From a virus, in the IMG/VR virus record IMGVR_UViG_3300046792_000297, positions 39,955 through 103,954 of that record: a DNA stretch of 64,000 bases, one strand, 5' to 3'. The notes under the pieces were generated by a model. That model made no database searches. It was not told where the DNA came from and worked only from the letters and a program-made list of their open reading frames with translations. Below, piece after piece: positions 55,745 to 63,468 of the stretch. The first letter of the stretch is position 1, and the number at the start of each line of letters is the position of its first letter. The position numbers and the translations under genes are program-made.

Positions 55745-56542
55745 TCATCGGTGCCCGTTCTTGGCCGCCATCCTGGCTCGCTGCCTCAAGTTTTCCGGGC
55801 AGCGCGGGATGTGCTTGCGCATCTCCACGGTGCCGAATGGCAGCCCGCAAAATTCGCAATCCTTCAAGGTCGGCTTGCGTCCCGCTCCGTCGCGCTTCGC
55901 GAACTTGCTGGCAATGTACGTGCGCGTGATTGGTTCGTGGCACTGGGGGCAAGTGATCGACCGGACCGGCGGCTTCTCCTTGACCGCCTGCTCGGGTTGA
56001 TTCATGGGCTTGCGTCCCGCTCCATCGCGCAAAGCGAAGTTGCGGGCGATGTAGGTGCGCTTGATGCGGTAGCCGCACTTGGGGCAAGGCAGCGTGGCGC
56101 GGCTGGCTTCCCGCTTGGTGGTCTTCTGGAGGCGCAGGTTGTCGCGCGTGTTCCGCAGCGTATTCGTGGGGTCGATAAACTCCACGCGATCCTTTTCCTT
56201 GGCCCGCATGACCTCGCGGTGCATCTGGATGGGCCGCTTCTGCCCCTGGTCGTCGTACTCGATGCGTTGCGCATAGAACCGGCCCGTTCGCGGGTCTTCG
56301 CGAGCCAGCCATTCGTACTGGGACAGGCGTGGATAATCGACCGCATCCACGGTGGCAAGCTGGTCGCGAGTCAGCGGGATGTAGCGGATCGGCTTGCTGC
56401 GTGGCTGCCGGGGCTTCGCTCGTGGCTGCCGGAACTGGTGACCGCGCAGATACGTCTGAGGTTTACCTTCACGCGAATAATTAACAGGCAGCCCGCAGCC
56501 GCAAGCGCATAGTTGCGGTTTGGTGGCCATTAGTTTCTCCAT
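55745..56542 (-). CDS. Degenerate HNH-like protein with tandem Zn ribbons
   Basis: CACGCG; IPLT....A.VD..D...L...W; MHR; HNH histidines appear lost; duplicated CP.C...I.RTYIA..FA.RDGAGRKP. Confidence 0.65.
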   Translation of the reverse strand: MEKLMATKPQLCACGCGLPVNYSREGKPQTYLRGHQFRQPRAKPRQPRSKPIRYIPLTRDQLATVDAVDYPRLSQYEWLAREDPRTGRFYAQRIEYDDQGQKRPIQMHREVMRAKEKDRVEFIDPTNTLRNTRDNLRLQKTTKREASRATLPCPKCGYRIKRTYIARNFALRDGAGRKPMNQPEQAVKEKPPVRSITCPQCHEPITRTYIASKFAKRDGAGRKPTLKDCEFCGLPFGTVEMRKHIPRCPENLRQRARMAAKNGHR

Positions 56543-56568
56543 TTGTTGAGTATCTCATCAATTCTGTT

Positions 56569-57474
56569 TCATTTCGCCATCGCCATCCTCCGGCGAGTGG
56601 CCCAGGCTTTGAGCGCGGCGTTGCTGCGTCTTTCGTCCTGGGTTGTCAGTGCAGAGCGTGGCTTGTGGCTGGGCACGAAGGCCGCCACGGGTACGTCGAC
56701 GGCGGGAGTGTCGACCGGCACCGGTCGCGGACCGGAGAGCAGATCGGTCTCCAGCCGCATCAGCGCGTCGCGGACGCCCACGCCCATCGCCACGTGCTCG
56801 AAGTAGCCTTGCGGCGTTGCCCCGCCCTGCTCCAGCGTCCAGAGGCGCTCCAGGTAGGCCGCCAGTTCGGCCTGGTTGACGGCCTCGAAGGGCTGCAATA
56901 GGCAGCGGGAGACAAAGCGTGGGAGCAAGGTCGAGGGCACGTCTGTTTCCTGGGGTCCGCGTCCGTTGCAGGTCATGATCCAGATGATCGGCGGCGGCGT
57001 GCCCCGCTCGAAGCCGCCGCCAAAGACCGGCTTGAGCGAAGCCGTGCCATCGAGGCGCGACAAGAGTTGCAACTGGGCCTTCTCGGTCATCTGGTCGGCC
57101 TCGTCGATCAGCACCACCCAGAACTTGCCGGTCGGCGGCATGTAAGCCGTCTGGTCGCGCAAGTCGTCCAGTCTGGCGACGTCACATTTCTGGGCCGGGA
57201 TGTGAATCAGCGAGCCGGGAAGCTCTTCCGCGAAGGCCATGCCCAGCGCCGTCTTGCCCGAGCCGGGCGGCCCGACGAACAGCAGGCCGCAGGCGCGAGG
57301 CTTGGCGGCCAGGTTGCGCAGCATGGTCTTCGGGCGGGTGATGCCGATGAAGTCGTCCAGGCGGCGGGGCTGGTAACGCTCGGCCAGCGTGGCCGGGAAC
57401 TCCATGCCGTGCTGGATTGTCTGCCCCAGGTCCATGACCGCCTGCGGCTCGGGCGCAAAGATTTGCTGATTCAT
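56569..57474 (-). CDS. Clamp-loader/RarA-like AAA+ ATPase
   Basis: LAERYQP..LDD.IG, GPPGSGKT, IDEAD, TCN, SRC. Confidence 0.88.
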   Translation of the reverse strand: MNQQIFAPEPQAVMDLGQTIQHGMEFPATLAERYQPRRLDDFIGITRPKTMLRNLAAKPRACGLLFVGPPGSGKTALGMAFAEELPGSLIHIPAQKCDVARLDDLRDQTAYMPPTGKFWVVLIDEADQMTEKAQLQLLSRLDGTASLKPVFGGGFERGTPPPIIWIMTCNGRGPQETDVPSTLLPRFVSRCLLQPFEAVNQAELAAYLERLWTLEQGGATPQGYFEHVAMGVGVRDALMRLETDLLSGPRPVPVDTPAVDVPVAAFVPSHKPRSALTTQDERRSNAALKAWATRRRMAMAK

Positions 57475-57623
57475 GCCTTGCCTGCTTTCGCGGCCACCAG
57501 CATCTGGACGGCCTCTTCGGTACATTTGTCGCACGCCCCGTAGTGGAAGCTGATCGCCTTGGTGCCGCATATCTTGCACGGAAAGCCGTTGGCGCTGGTC
57601 GTGGGCATCTTGAATGTCGTCAT
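57471..57623 (-). CDS. Small CxxC protein
   Basis: Hand translation CKIC...CDKC; GGGAG RBS. Confidence 0.5.
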   Translation of the reverse strand: MTTFKMPTTSANGFPCKICGTKAISFHYGACDKCTEEAVQMLVAAKAGKA

Positions 57624-57644
57624 TCGCATTCTCCCTACAATTGA

Positions 57645-57673
57645 AGTATATCACCAATCGGAATGATGTACAA
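57645..57673 (-). promoter_or_regulatory. Sigma70-like promoter
   Basis: TTGTAC-17-TATACT. Confidence 0.65.
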
Positions 57674-57727
57674 GCAAGAACGGGGCCAAAGGGTATAATC
57701 AAGGCCATCCGAATGCAAGACAACCTC

Positions 57728-57758
57728 GGGGTGCGATCTTGAGTCGCACCCCTTTTTT
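57728..57758 (+). terminator. Terminator hairpin with U-tract on the + strand
   Basis: ggggtgcga-tcttgag-tcgcacccc-tttttt. Confidence 0.7.
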
Positions 57759-57771
57759 GCCCGGTGGGGCG

Positions 57772-58203
57772 CTATTCGGTGGGCGCGGGCGGCTGCCCGC
57801 TGACGGCGCGGAGGAACTCGTCCTGGGCCACCCGGCGTGCGCGGACCAGTTCGCGCAACTCGGCGAAGTCTTCGCGGATGTTGCTGGCATCCTGTTCCCT
57901 GACCACCATCTCGACCAGGGCGAACTCGTGGTTGTGGACGAAGCGCATGGCGGCGTTGGCTACGGCGACCGCTGAATCCTCGAACTCGTGCATCGCCTTG
58001 TTAGTGCGCTCGATGCCTTCCGGCGTGGTGCAGCCGCGCGGCGTGAGGTCGATGAAGCCGACCTGCGTTACTTCGACGGCTCCCTCCTCGCGGATGCCGA
58101 AGTCTTCCGGGTCGGCGATGATCTCGACCGAGTCGGGCACGGCGTTGATGTCGAAGCCATCCGACCCGTGGCCGGTGAATGTGCGGTACTCGTTGTCTGC
58201 CAT
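57772..58203 (-). CDS. Hypothetical protein
   Basis: AGGAG RBS. Confidence 0.7.
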   Translation of the reverse strand: MADNEYRTFTGHGSDGFDINAVPDSVEIIADPEDFGIREEGAVEVTQVGFIDLTPRGCTTPEGIERTNKAMHEFEDSAVAVANAAMRFVHNHEFALVEMVVREQDASNIREDFAELRELVRARRVAQDEFLRAVSGQPPAPTE

Positions 58204-58210
58204 ATAATGA

Positions 58211-58981
58211 TTATTCTCCTGATGTCAGTTGCGGTTGTTGCGCGGCGGCCTGTTCGGCCAGCCCGCGACGGTAGTCGTCCAGCCACGCCTTGGCGTTGCG
58301 CAGGTTGCGGCTGGCCTCGATGATCGAGCGGATCACGTCAATGGCCTGTCGGATTTCGTTGGACTTCATGGTAGCCACATGGGGATCGCTGGCGCTCCAG
58401 CAGCCATGCCACTTCAGCCACTCGGTCGGCTCGGCCATGCTGCCGTAGCCGTGCTTGGGGCTCTTGTTCAACCAGCCGCGAATGGCGTCGGCCAGCACGA
58501 AGTTTTCCAGCCCGCGTGCGTAGTCCTGGTGGAGCATGTTGTAGATGGCCCCGCCGCTCCCATCGTGGCGGCGCTCGATGCGCTCCCAACGCTTGTCGTG
58601 GCGCTTGTCGGCGCTGGTGACCTTCAGGAACTCCAGCGAGTAGTAGCGTGGCTTGGCGTAGCCGGTCTCGTCGTTGTCGATCACCGAGGCGGCGAAGGCA
58701 ATCCGCGCCGGATCGGGCAGGTGCGGGAAGCGCCAGGTCATCGTGTCGGCCAGTTCGGGATCGGCCAGCATGGCGGCGGCCAGCGAGTTCAGGTAGTCGG
58801 CAGTGAACTGCTCGACAATGGGCAGTTCCGGCGAATGCTGGGTGTGCCCGTCGCCGTAAGTCTCGAACATCAGCATGTGCATGTCCACCAGCGCGTGCGT
58901 CTTCCACGAGCCGGAATCGTAGATGTAGCCGTACTTGGCCGGGTAGGCCAGGGATGGAAACTTCGTGAAGGTGTCGGACAT
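58211..58981 (-). CDS. Hypothetical protein
   Basis: AGGAG RBS before ATG 58981; GC3-rich. Confidence 0.7.
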   Translation of the reverse strand: MSDTFTKFPSLAYPAKYGYIYDSGSWKTHALVDMHMLMFETYGDGHTQHSPELPIVEQFTADYLNSLAAAMLADPELADTMTWRFPHLPDPARIAFAASVIDNDETGYAKPRYYSLEFLKVTSADKRHDKRWERIERRHDGSGGAIYNMLHQDYARGLENFVLADAIRGWLNKSPKHGYGSMAEPTEWLKWHGCWSASDPHVATMKSNEIRQAIDVIRSIIEASRNLRNAKAWLDDYRRGLAEQAAAQQPQLTSGE

Positions 58982-58989
58982 TCGTTCTC

Positions 58990-59208
58990 CTAGCGGTAGG
59001 TGGTGCGAATCTGGAACTGGCCGGATGCCTGCTCGGCGGCCAGCTTCTCGGGTGTAAGGATGGCGCGAATGCTGCGCGTAGTGAATGCGTAGGTGACGGC
59101 GAACTTGCCGTCCTTGCGTGGGCGCGAAGCAACCCAGAGCACGGGCAGGCTTTGCAACTCGGCCTTGCGTGCTTCGTGCCATTCCGGCGTTCCGAATACT
59201 GCGCCCAT
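58990..59208 (-). CDS. Hypothetical protein
   Basis: GGAG RBS. Confidence 0.55.
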   Translation of the reverse strand: MGAVFGTPEWHEARKAELQSLPVLWVASRPRKDGKFAVTYAFTTRSIRAILTPEKLAAEQASGQFQIRTTYR

Positions 59209-59287
59209 GTCGATCTCCGTGGACTTATCAGGTTCACCGTGGCCCGCAAGGCAATCCAGGCTCCCGCCGCTGCCCTGCGAACGGGTG

Positions 59288-59512
59288 TCACCCCAGTTGC
59301 TCGCGCGGTGAACCGGATAAAGCCACGTTCGCCACGTCTTTCTTTTCTGCCGCTTCGGCCCGCCTGGCGGCCACTGCCGCCATCGTCGCTGGCCAGCCCT
59401 TCTGTAGCTTCTCCATGTAGACGCGGAGAAAGGTGTTCTTCCAAACCATCGGCCTCTTGCTTTTGCGCTGGCCCCAGTTTGCGTCCTCATACGGGTTGTA
59501 TTCGTCGCGCAT
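59288..59512 (-). CDS. Hypothetical protein
   Basis: AAGGA RBS. Confidence 0.5.
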   Translation of the reverse strand: MRDEYNPYEDANWGQRKSKRPMVWKNTFLRVYMEKLQKGWPATMAAVAARRAEAAEKKDVANVALSGSPREQLG

Positions 59513-59532
59513 TGCTATTCCTTTCGTCTCCT

Positions 59533-59688
59533 GACGTTTCGGATGCCCGTCGATGACGCCCCACGGTCGATCTAACCGCTGGGCAATCAAGATGCTTTCG
59601 GCTGCGTCCAGCCTCGTTTCAGCGGCCCCACTACACCGTTTCCAGTGCTGTTTCGCGAGGCAAGCATCTGATGGGCATCCGAAACGCC
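59533..59688 (-). ncRNA. Candidate structured leader RNA
   Basis: 14-bp perfect closing inverted repeat (59535-59548/59673-59686) with nested stems and a GAAA tetraloop; downstream of a promoter. Confidence 0.45.
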
Positions 59689-59735
59689 CCAGAGTTCCAG
59701 GTGGAGGGTTGTTTCCATTCCCTCTCACCATGAAT

Positions 59736-59763
59736 AGAATAGCATAAATCAGATTGATGTAAA
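59736..59763 (-). promoter_or_regulatory. Sigma70-like promoter
   Basis: TTTACA-16-TATTCT with extended TG. Confidence 0.55.
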
Positions 59764-59813
59764 CATAATTCGTACAGGAATTGTGCTCCTGTAAACGGTT
59801 GAATACCGGGTCG

Positions 59814-60035
59814 TTAGGCTTCGCAGGGGTAGATGGTGGCCAGCATGGCCAGCAGGGCGGCCTCGTGTTCGGGCGCGGTGGCCACGCCAACCTCCAGGTC
59901 GGAGGCGGCCCGGAGCGAGGCGGTGTAGCGGTGGACCTGGGTTTGGAAGTCGACGGCGTCGGCGATCTCCAGGTCAACTTGTTGGTCCGGGCGGCTTGGA
60001 CCGCTCGTGGTGCGAATTGTCAAGGTCACTTGCAT
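59814..60035 (-). CDS. Hypothetical protein
   Basis: GGGAG RBS. Confidence 0.55.
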   Translation of the reverse strand: MQVTLTIRTTSGPSRPDQQVDLEIADAVDFQTQVHRYTASLRAASDLEVGVATAPEHEAALLAMLATIYPCEA

Positions 60036-60285
60036 GGACGCTCCCGTCGGAAATCAGCATGGCGAACAGGCCGCGAGCGGTGGCCAGGTTCTGAAGGTAC
60101 TGCGCCGCCAGGATGGCGTGCTCGTTGGAGGCGAAGGTGACGGTCATGAAGCGGCCCCGTGGCCGCTCCTCGAAGTCGGTGTGGCAGTCGGCCTGGTAGC
60201 GTTGCATCACGATGCCCAGGAAGACTGAAGCGTTGTGCAGCGCCGTCTCGTCGTTGCCGATCAGGATGCTGACCGCCGGGTCCAT
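59974..60285 (-). CDS. Hypothetical protein
   Basis: GAGGAGG RBS; TAATG coupling. Confidence 0.6.
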   Translation of the reverse strand: MDPAVSILIGNDETALHNASVFLGIVMQRYQADCHTDFEERPRGRFMTVTFASNEHAILAAQYLQNLATARGLFAMLISDGSVHASDLDNSHHERSKPPGPTS

Positions 60286-60974
60286 TAGTCGTCCTCCTCT
60301 TCCTCGTACTTCCGGCCACGATGGTCGGGATCGTCATCGGGCAGGTACACGGGGCTGTAGCCGCGCTGTTCCAGTTCGGCGGCCTCGTCGGAACCGCGCT
60401 GGGATTCACCCATCATGACTTCGATGCGCTGCGGTCGCCACACCTTGAAGATGGCGGGCGTGACCAGCTTGCACTCGCCCGCGCAGGTCGCGCAGTGCTC
60501 GGCGATCACCACGCCGTCCGCATTCCTGGCCAGCCCGGAGCCGCCGCAGGTCTCGCAGGGTTTCACGATGGCCTTGGAGTGGGCAAGCAGTATCCAGGTC
60601 TCGCCCAGCACGAAGTTGCGAGGCACGGCGGCGATGCGGCGGCTGATGCCCAGCTTGCGAGCCTCGCGCTCGAAGTGCGCCGGGGTGGGATAGAACTGCT
60701 CCCCGATCCAGATCAGGCCCGCCTTGCCCATCTCGCTGGTGGCCATGCAGAGCGGGCAAGGAAACTGGTCGGTGCAGCCGCGATGCACGCCGCCCACCAG
60801 CGCGTTGAGGTCTACCCAGGTGAACCCGCGCGACTGCTTGAAGCCGTGCGAGCAGGTCGGGCAGACCGTCAAGGGAATGGGCAGCCGGTCGCAAGGCACG
60901 CCCCCGGATTCGCCTGCGAGGTAGCACCCGCCAATTTTTCTGTATCCGCAACCACGTTTCGCTTCGACGGCCAT
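60285..60974 (-). CDS. Conserved Cys-rich phage protein
   Basis: E.KRGCGYRK.GG.YL, WIGE.FY.TP..F..EA...GISRRI. Confidence 0.75.
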   Translation of the reverse strand: MAVEAKRGCGYRKIGGCYLAGESGGVPCDRLPIPLTVCPTCSHGFKQSRGFTWVDLNALVGGVHRGCTDQFPCPLCMATSEMGKAGLIWIGEQFYPTPAHFEREARKLGISRRIAAVPRNFVLGETWILLAHSKAIVKPCETCGGSGLARNADGVVIAEHCATCAGECKLVTPAIFKVWRPQRIEVMMGESQRGSDEAAELEQRGYSPVYLPDDDPDHRGRKYEEEEDD

Positions 60975-61228
60975 CAATGCACCTGCGCAGTCTTGGCGGC
61001 TTCCACCATGCGGATCAAGTCGCCCAGTTCGACCGCCACGGAGGCGGAAGGCTTGAACTGATCGCCCAGGTAGTGAGCGGTCAGCCGGTTGTTCACCGCG
61101 ATGCGGTGAGTGTAACCCGGCACGTTGCGGGCCGGGATGAAGTCGATGATCTCGTACTCCGCGCCGCGCATAATGCGGTAGCGATGGATGCGCTCGACCT
61201 GGACAGTATTGCCGTTCGCGTCCTTCAT
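60974..61228 (-). CDS. Hypothetical protein
   Basis: Coupled ORF. Confidence 0.6.
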   Translation of the reverse strand: MKDANGNTVQVERIHRYRIMRGAEYEIIDFIPARNVPGYTHRIAVNNRLTAHYLGDQFKPSASVAVELGDLIRMVEAAKTAQVH

Positions 61229-61389
61229 TGCGTTGGCTCCGCGTAGCCCTTGACCACCTTGGCAATCGGGTAGATGCCCTGGTGGAGCAGCGCCAGGCCC
61301 AGTGCGAGAAACAGCGCGTGGGCTTTCGGGTCCAGCGCGATCACTTCCTGCTCGGTCTTCAGCATGTCGATGGCTTCCTCTTGTGTCAT
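61225..61389 (-). CDS. Hypothetical protein
   Basis: GAGGA RBS; MTQEEAIDML start. Confidence 0.55.
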   Translation of the reverse strand: MTQEEAIDMLKTEQEVIALDPKAHALFLALGLALLHQGIYPIAKVVKGYAEPTQ

Positions 61390-61400
61390 CGTGTCCTCTC

Positions 61401-61739
61401 TCAGTCCATCTGCAAGTATTGCCCGCAGGGCAAGCCAGCCTGTTGGAACGCCCGGTAGGCCGCGTCGGCCATGCGAGTGCGCCGGTTGCCCTGGCCGCGA
61501 TTGTGCAGCAGCATCAGGATGCGACCGTGCCACTGGTAGTCCTGAAGCACCACCTTGTAGCGCGGGAAGGCGGCCATAATCGTTTCCGCCTGCGCCTTGC
61601 GCATACCGGGCACGCGCAGGTAGGCGGAGTCGAAGTTGCACGTCCCGCCATCTTCCTCGCCGTGGAACGCATCCACCGCATCGGCCTCGGCGATCCCGCT
61701 CTGGAGCGCCGCAATAATCTTTTGTGTGTCGTACTTCAT
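61401..61739 (-). CDS. Conserved phage protein
   Basis: DGGTCNFD...GQG..RT..A.A motif. Confidence 0.75.
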   Translation of the reverse strand: MKYDTQKIIAALQSGIAEADAVDAFHGEEDGGTCNFDSAYLRVPGMRKAQAETIMAAFPRYKVVLQDYQWHGRILMLLHNRGQGNRRTRMADAAYRAFQQAGLPCGQYLQMD

Positions 61740-61757
61740 TCACTCTCCGTTCTGTTG

Positions 61758-61930
61758 GTAGCCCTCACGCCAGAGCAGGATGCTGGCCAGCTAGTGCGTC
61801 AGCCGCGATCTTCAACTGGCGGGCGCTCCGCCTAACCAACTTCCCACTAAAGACGATGTGGGCCTGTTTCCAGTTGGCGGCTCGCCAGTCTCCCGCGCCC
61901 TATCACTTCCTGCCCTGGCGGGAAGGCTAC
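61758..61930 (-). ncRNA. Candidate structured leader RNA
   Basis: 23-nt closing stem (61758-61780/61908-61930) with two G-U pairs on the minus strand; nested inner stems. Confidence 0.5.
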
Positions 61931-61954
61931 GTCACCATTCCCAACCACAACTAT

Positions 61955-61983
61955 AGTGTATCACACTATTCAAATTGATGCAA
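61955..61983 (-). promoter_or_regulatory. Sigma70-like promoter
   Basis: TTGCAT-17-TACACT. Confidence 0.6.
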
Positions 61984-61996
61984 GATGGAGGTTTCA

Positions 61997-62488
61997 ATGG
62001 ACAAGCAAGCGATATCCGCCCTGGTGCTGGGCCATGAGGGCATCCGTCACGCCGTCTACCTGGATACGGAGGGCATCCAGACCGTGGGCGTGGGCTTCAA
62101 CCTGGAACGCGCGGGAGCCAGGCAACGCATCGCGGCGTGCGGCGTGGACTACGAGCAGCTATGCGAGGGCACGGCCACACTCACCGCCGCGCAGGCTCAA
62201 CAACTGTTCGAGGACGACCTGGACAACGCCATCACGGACGCCCGGCAGATCGTGCGCAACTTCGACGACCAGCCCAGCGAAGTGCAGGCGGTGATCGTGG
62301 ACATGGTGTTCAACCTGGGCGCGGCGGGCTTCAGGAAGTTCCGCATGGCCATCGCGTGCCTGGAGGACAAGGACTACCAGGGCGCGGCCAAGGAGTTGAA
62401 GAACTCCAAGTGGGCCACGCAGGTGCCCAACCGGGCCAACGACAACATCGCGCAGATCAAGCAATTCGGTGAGGCTTCTTCGGCTTAG
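61997..62488 (+). CDS. Endolysin, T4-type lysozyme (GH24)
   Basis: HEG.R...Y.DT.G..T.G.G.NL catalytic E-D-T; M.FNLG, AA.E...SKW..Q...RA; GGAGG RBS. Confidence 0.92.
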   Translation: MDKQAISALVLGHEGIRHAVYLDTEGIQTVGVGFNLERAGARQRIAACGVDYEQLCEGTATLTAAQAQQLFEDDLDNAITDARQIVRNFDDQPSEVQAVIVDMVFNLGAAGFRKFRMAIACLEDKDYQGAAKELKNSKWATQVPNRANDNIAQIKQFGEASSA

Positions 62489-62711
62489 GCTTAGCCAGGT
62501 GGCACTCGCGGCTCATGGTCGCCAGCCAATGCTCGAACTTGAGGCGCAGGTCCATCGTGTCGGCGGCGAACAAGGTCTTCGCGCCCACGCGGATGGCGTA
62601 AGGCGTGAGCGGGCTGTCCTCGAAGTAGCGAGCGTAGTCGAAGAAATACTGCTGCCGCTGCTCCGCATTCATGGCCAGCATTTCAGCGAGTCCCAGCGCC
62701 GGAATGGCCAT
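62457..62711 (-). CDS. Hypothetical protein
   Basis: AGGAGG RBS; TGATG coupling. Confidence 0.6.
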   Translation of the reverse strand: MAIPALGLAEMLAMNAEQRQQYFFDYARYFEDSPLTPYAIRVGAKTLFAADTMDLRLKFEHWLATMSRECHLAKPKPKKPHRIA

Positions 62712-62989
62712 CAGACGATCCTCCTGATCTGGATACCCAGCCGTCGTTCGAGCAGCGCCTTCCAGAGTTGCCGCGCGGCGCGGTCCAGTTCGACGCTGGC
62801 CTTCTGCCAGCCGGGCTGCGACTCGTAAAGCTGCCAGGGATTCTCGCCGCGCAGCGGGTATGGATTCCCTTCCCTGCCCGCTTCGATCACTCGGTCGTAG
62901 GCGTGGTAGCCTTCTGAGTCTTGTGCGCCGTAGTCGCTCCAGACCTTCATGGCCTGATCCAGTTTCGCGTATGCGTCATCCACTTTCAT
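62711..62989 (-). CDS. Hypothetical protein
   Basis: GGAG RBS; ATGA overlap. Confidence 0.6.
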   Translation of the reverse strand: MKVDDAYAKLDQAMKVWSDYGAQDSEGYHAYDRVIEAGREGNPYPLRGENPWQLYESQPGWQKASVELDRAARQLWKALLERRLGIQIRRIV

Positions 62990-63468
62990 GCGGGTTGCTC
63001 CATTCTGGCCAGAAACGTGTCGACCGGCAGGTCCAGCAGTTTCCGGTTGGTGAGGCCGATCACGCCATAGACCCCGGTGCGCAGCGCGGTGCGCTGCACG
63101 TACCGCCAGCGGAACGGGATGCCGAAGTAGCCGCTGGCCTCGCGCAGCGTGGGGTCGATCACCTGGCCGTCGCGGTCGATGCACCAGGCGTGCTCGATGG
63201 GAATCAGACCCATGTGGCACCAGCCCTCGACGTAAGTCAGGCTACGGTCGGCGGCGGCGGCGCGGTAGGCATTCATGTAGCACATGCCGGGCTCCTGGCG
63301 CGGTCCAGCAAAAGATTGCTCGCCCATGTAGCACGCCACGCCGTGATCGAGCATAAACGAGCGAATGGTCGTGCCCACACCCATCGGCACATCGAAGTGG
63401 TCGCGAATCATGCGCAGGTAGTCGGTGATCTGGGCGATAGCTTGGTCTTGCTCGATTCGCGTCTTCAT
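62986..63468 (-). CDS. Papain/transglutaminase-like phage protein
   Basis: CY.NA, YVEG, P.EHAW, VIDPT, YFG motifs (C-H-D triad). Confidence 0.7.
   Translation of the reverse strand: MKTRIEQDQAIAQITDYLRMIRDHFDVPMGVGTTIRSFMLDHGVACYMGEQSFAGPRQEPGMCYMNAYRAAAADRSLTYVEGWCHMGLIPIEHAWCIDRDGQVIDPTLREASGYFGIPFRWRYVQRTALRTGVYGVIGLTNRKLLDLPVDTFLARMEQPA

Larger units (their letters stand above)
1874..58215. repeat. Dispersed 13-bp palindrome AATAATnATTATT (17 copies found by eye)
   Basis: Starts: 1874, 5529, 10951, 15950 (perfect), 19500, 22989, 24990, 28091, 31199, 33237, 36399, 40605, 42195, 47581, 49901, 53238, 58203. Confidence 0.85.

Noticed and set aside
59533-59688. Hammerhead or other known ribozyme
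   Set aside because: GAAA segments are present but no CUGANGA core was found; kept only as an unclassified structure.
61713-61725. Further weak palindrome-like sites (61713, 32966, 8994, 43463)
   Set aside because: Three to four mismatches; not distinguishable from chance by eye, so not counted.
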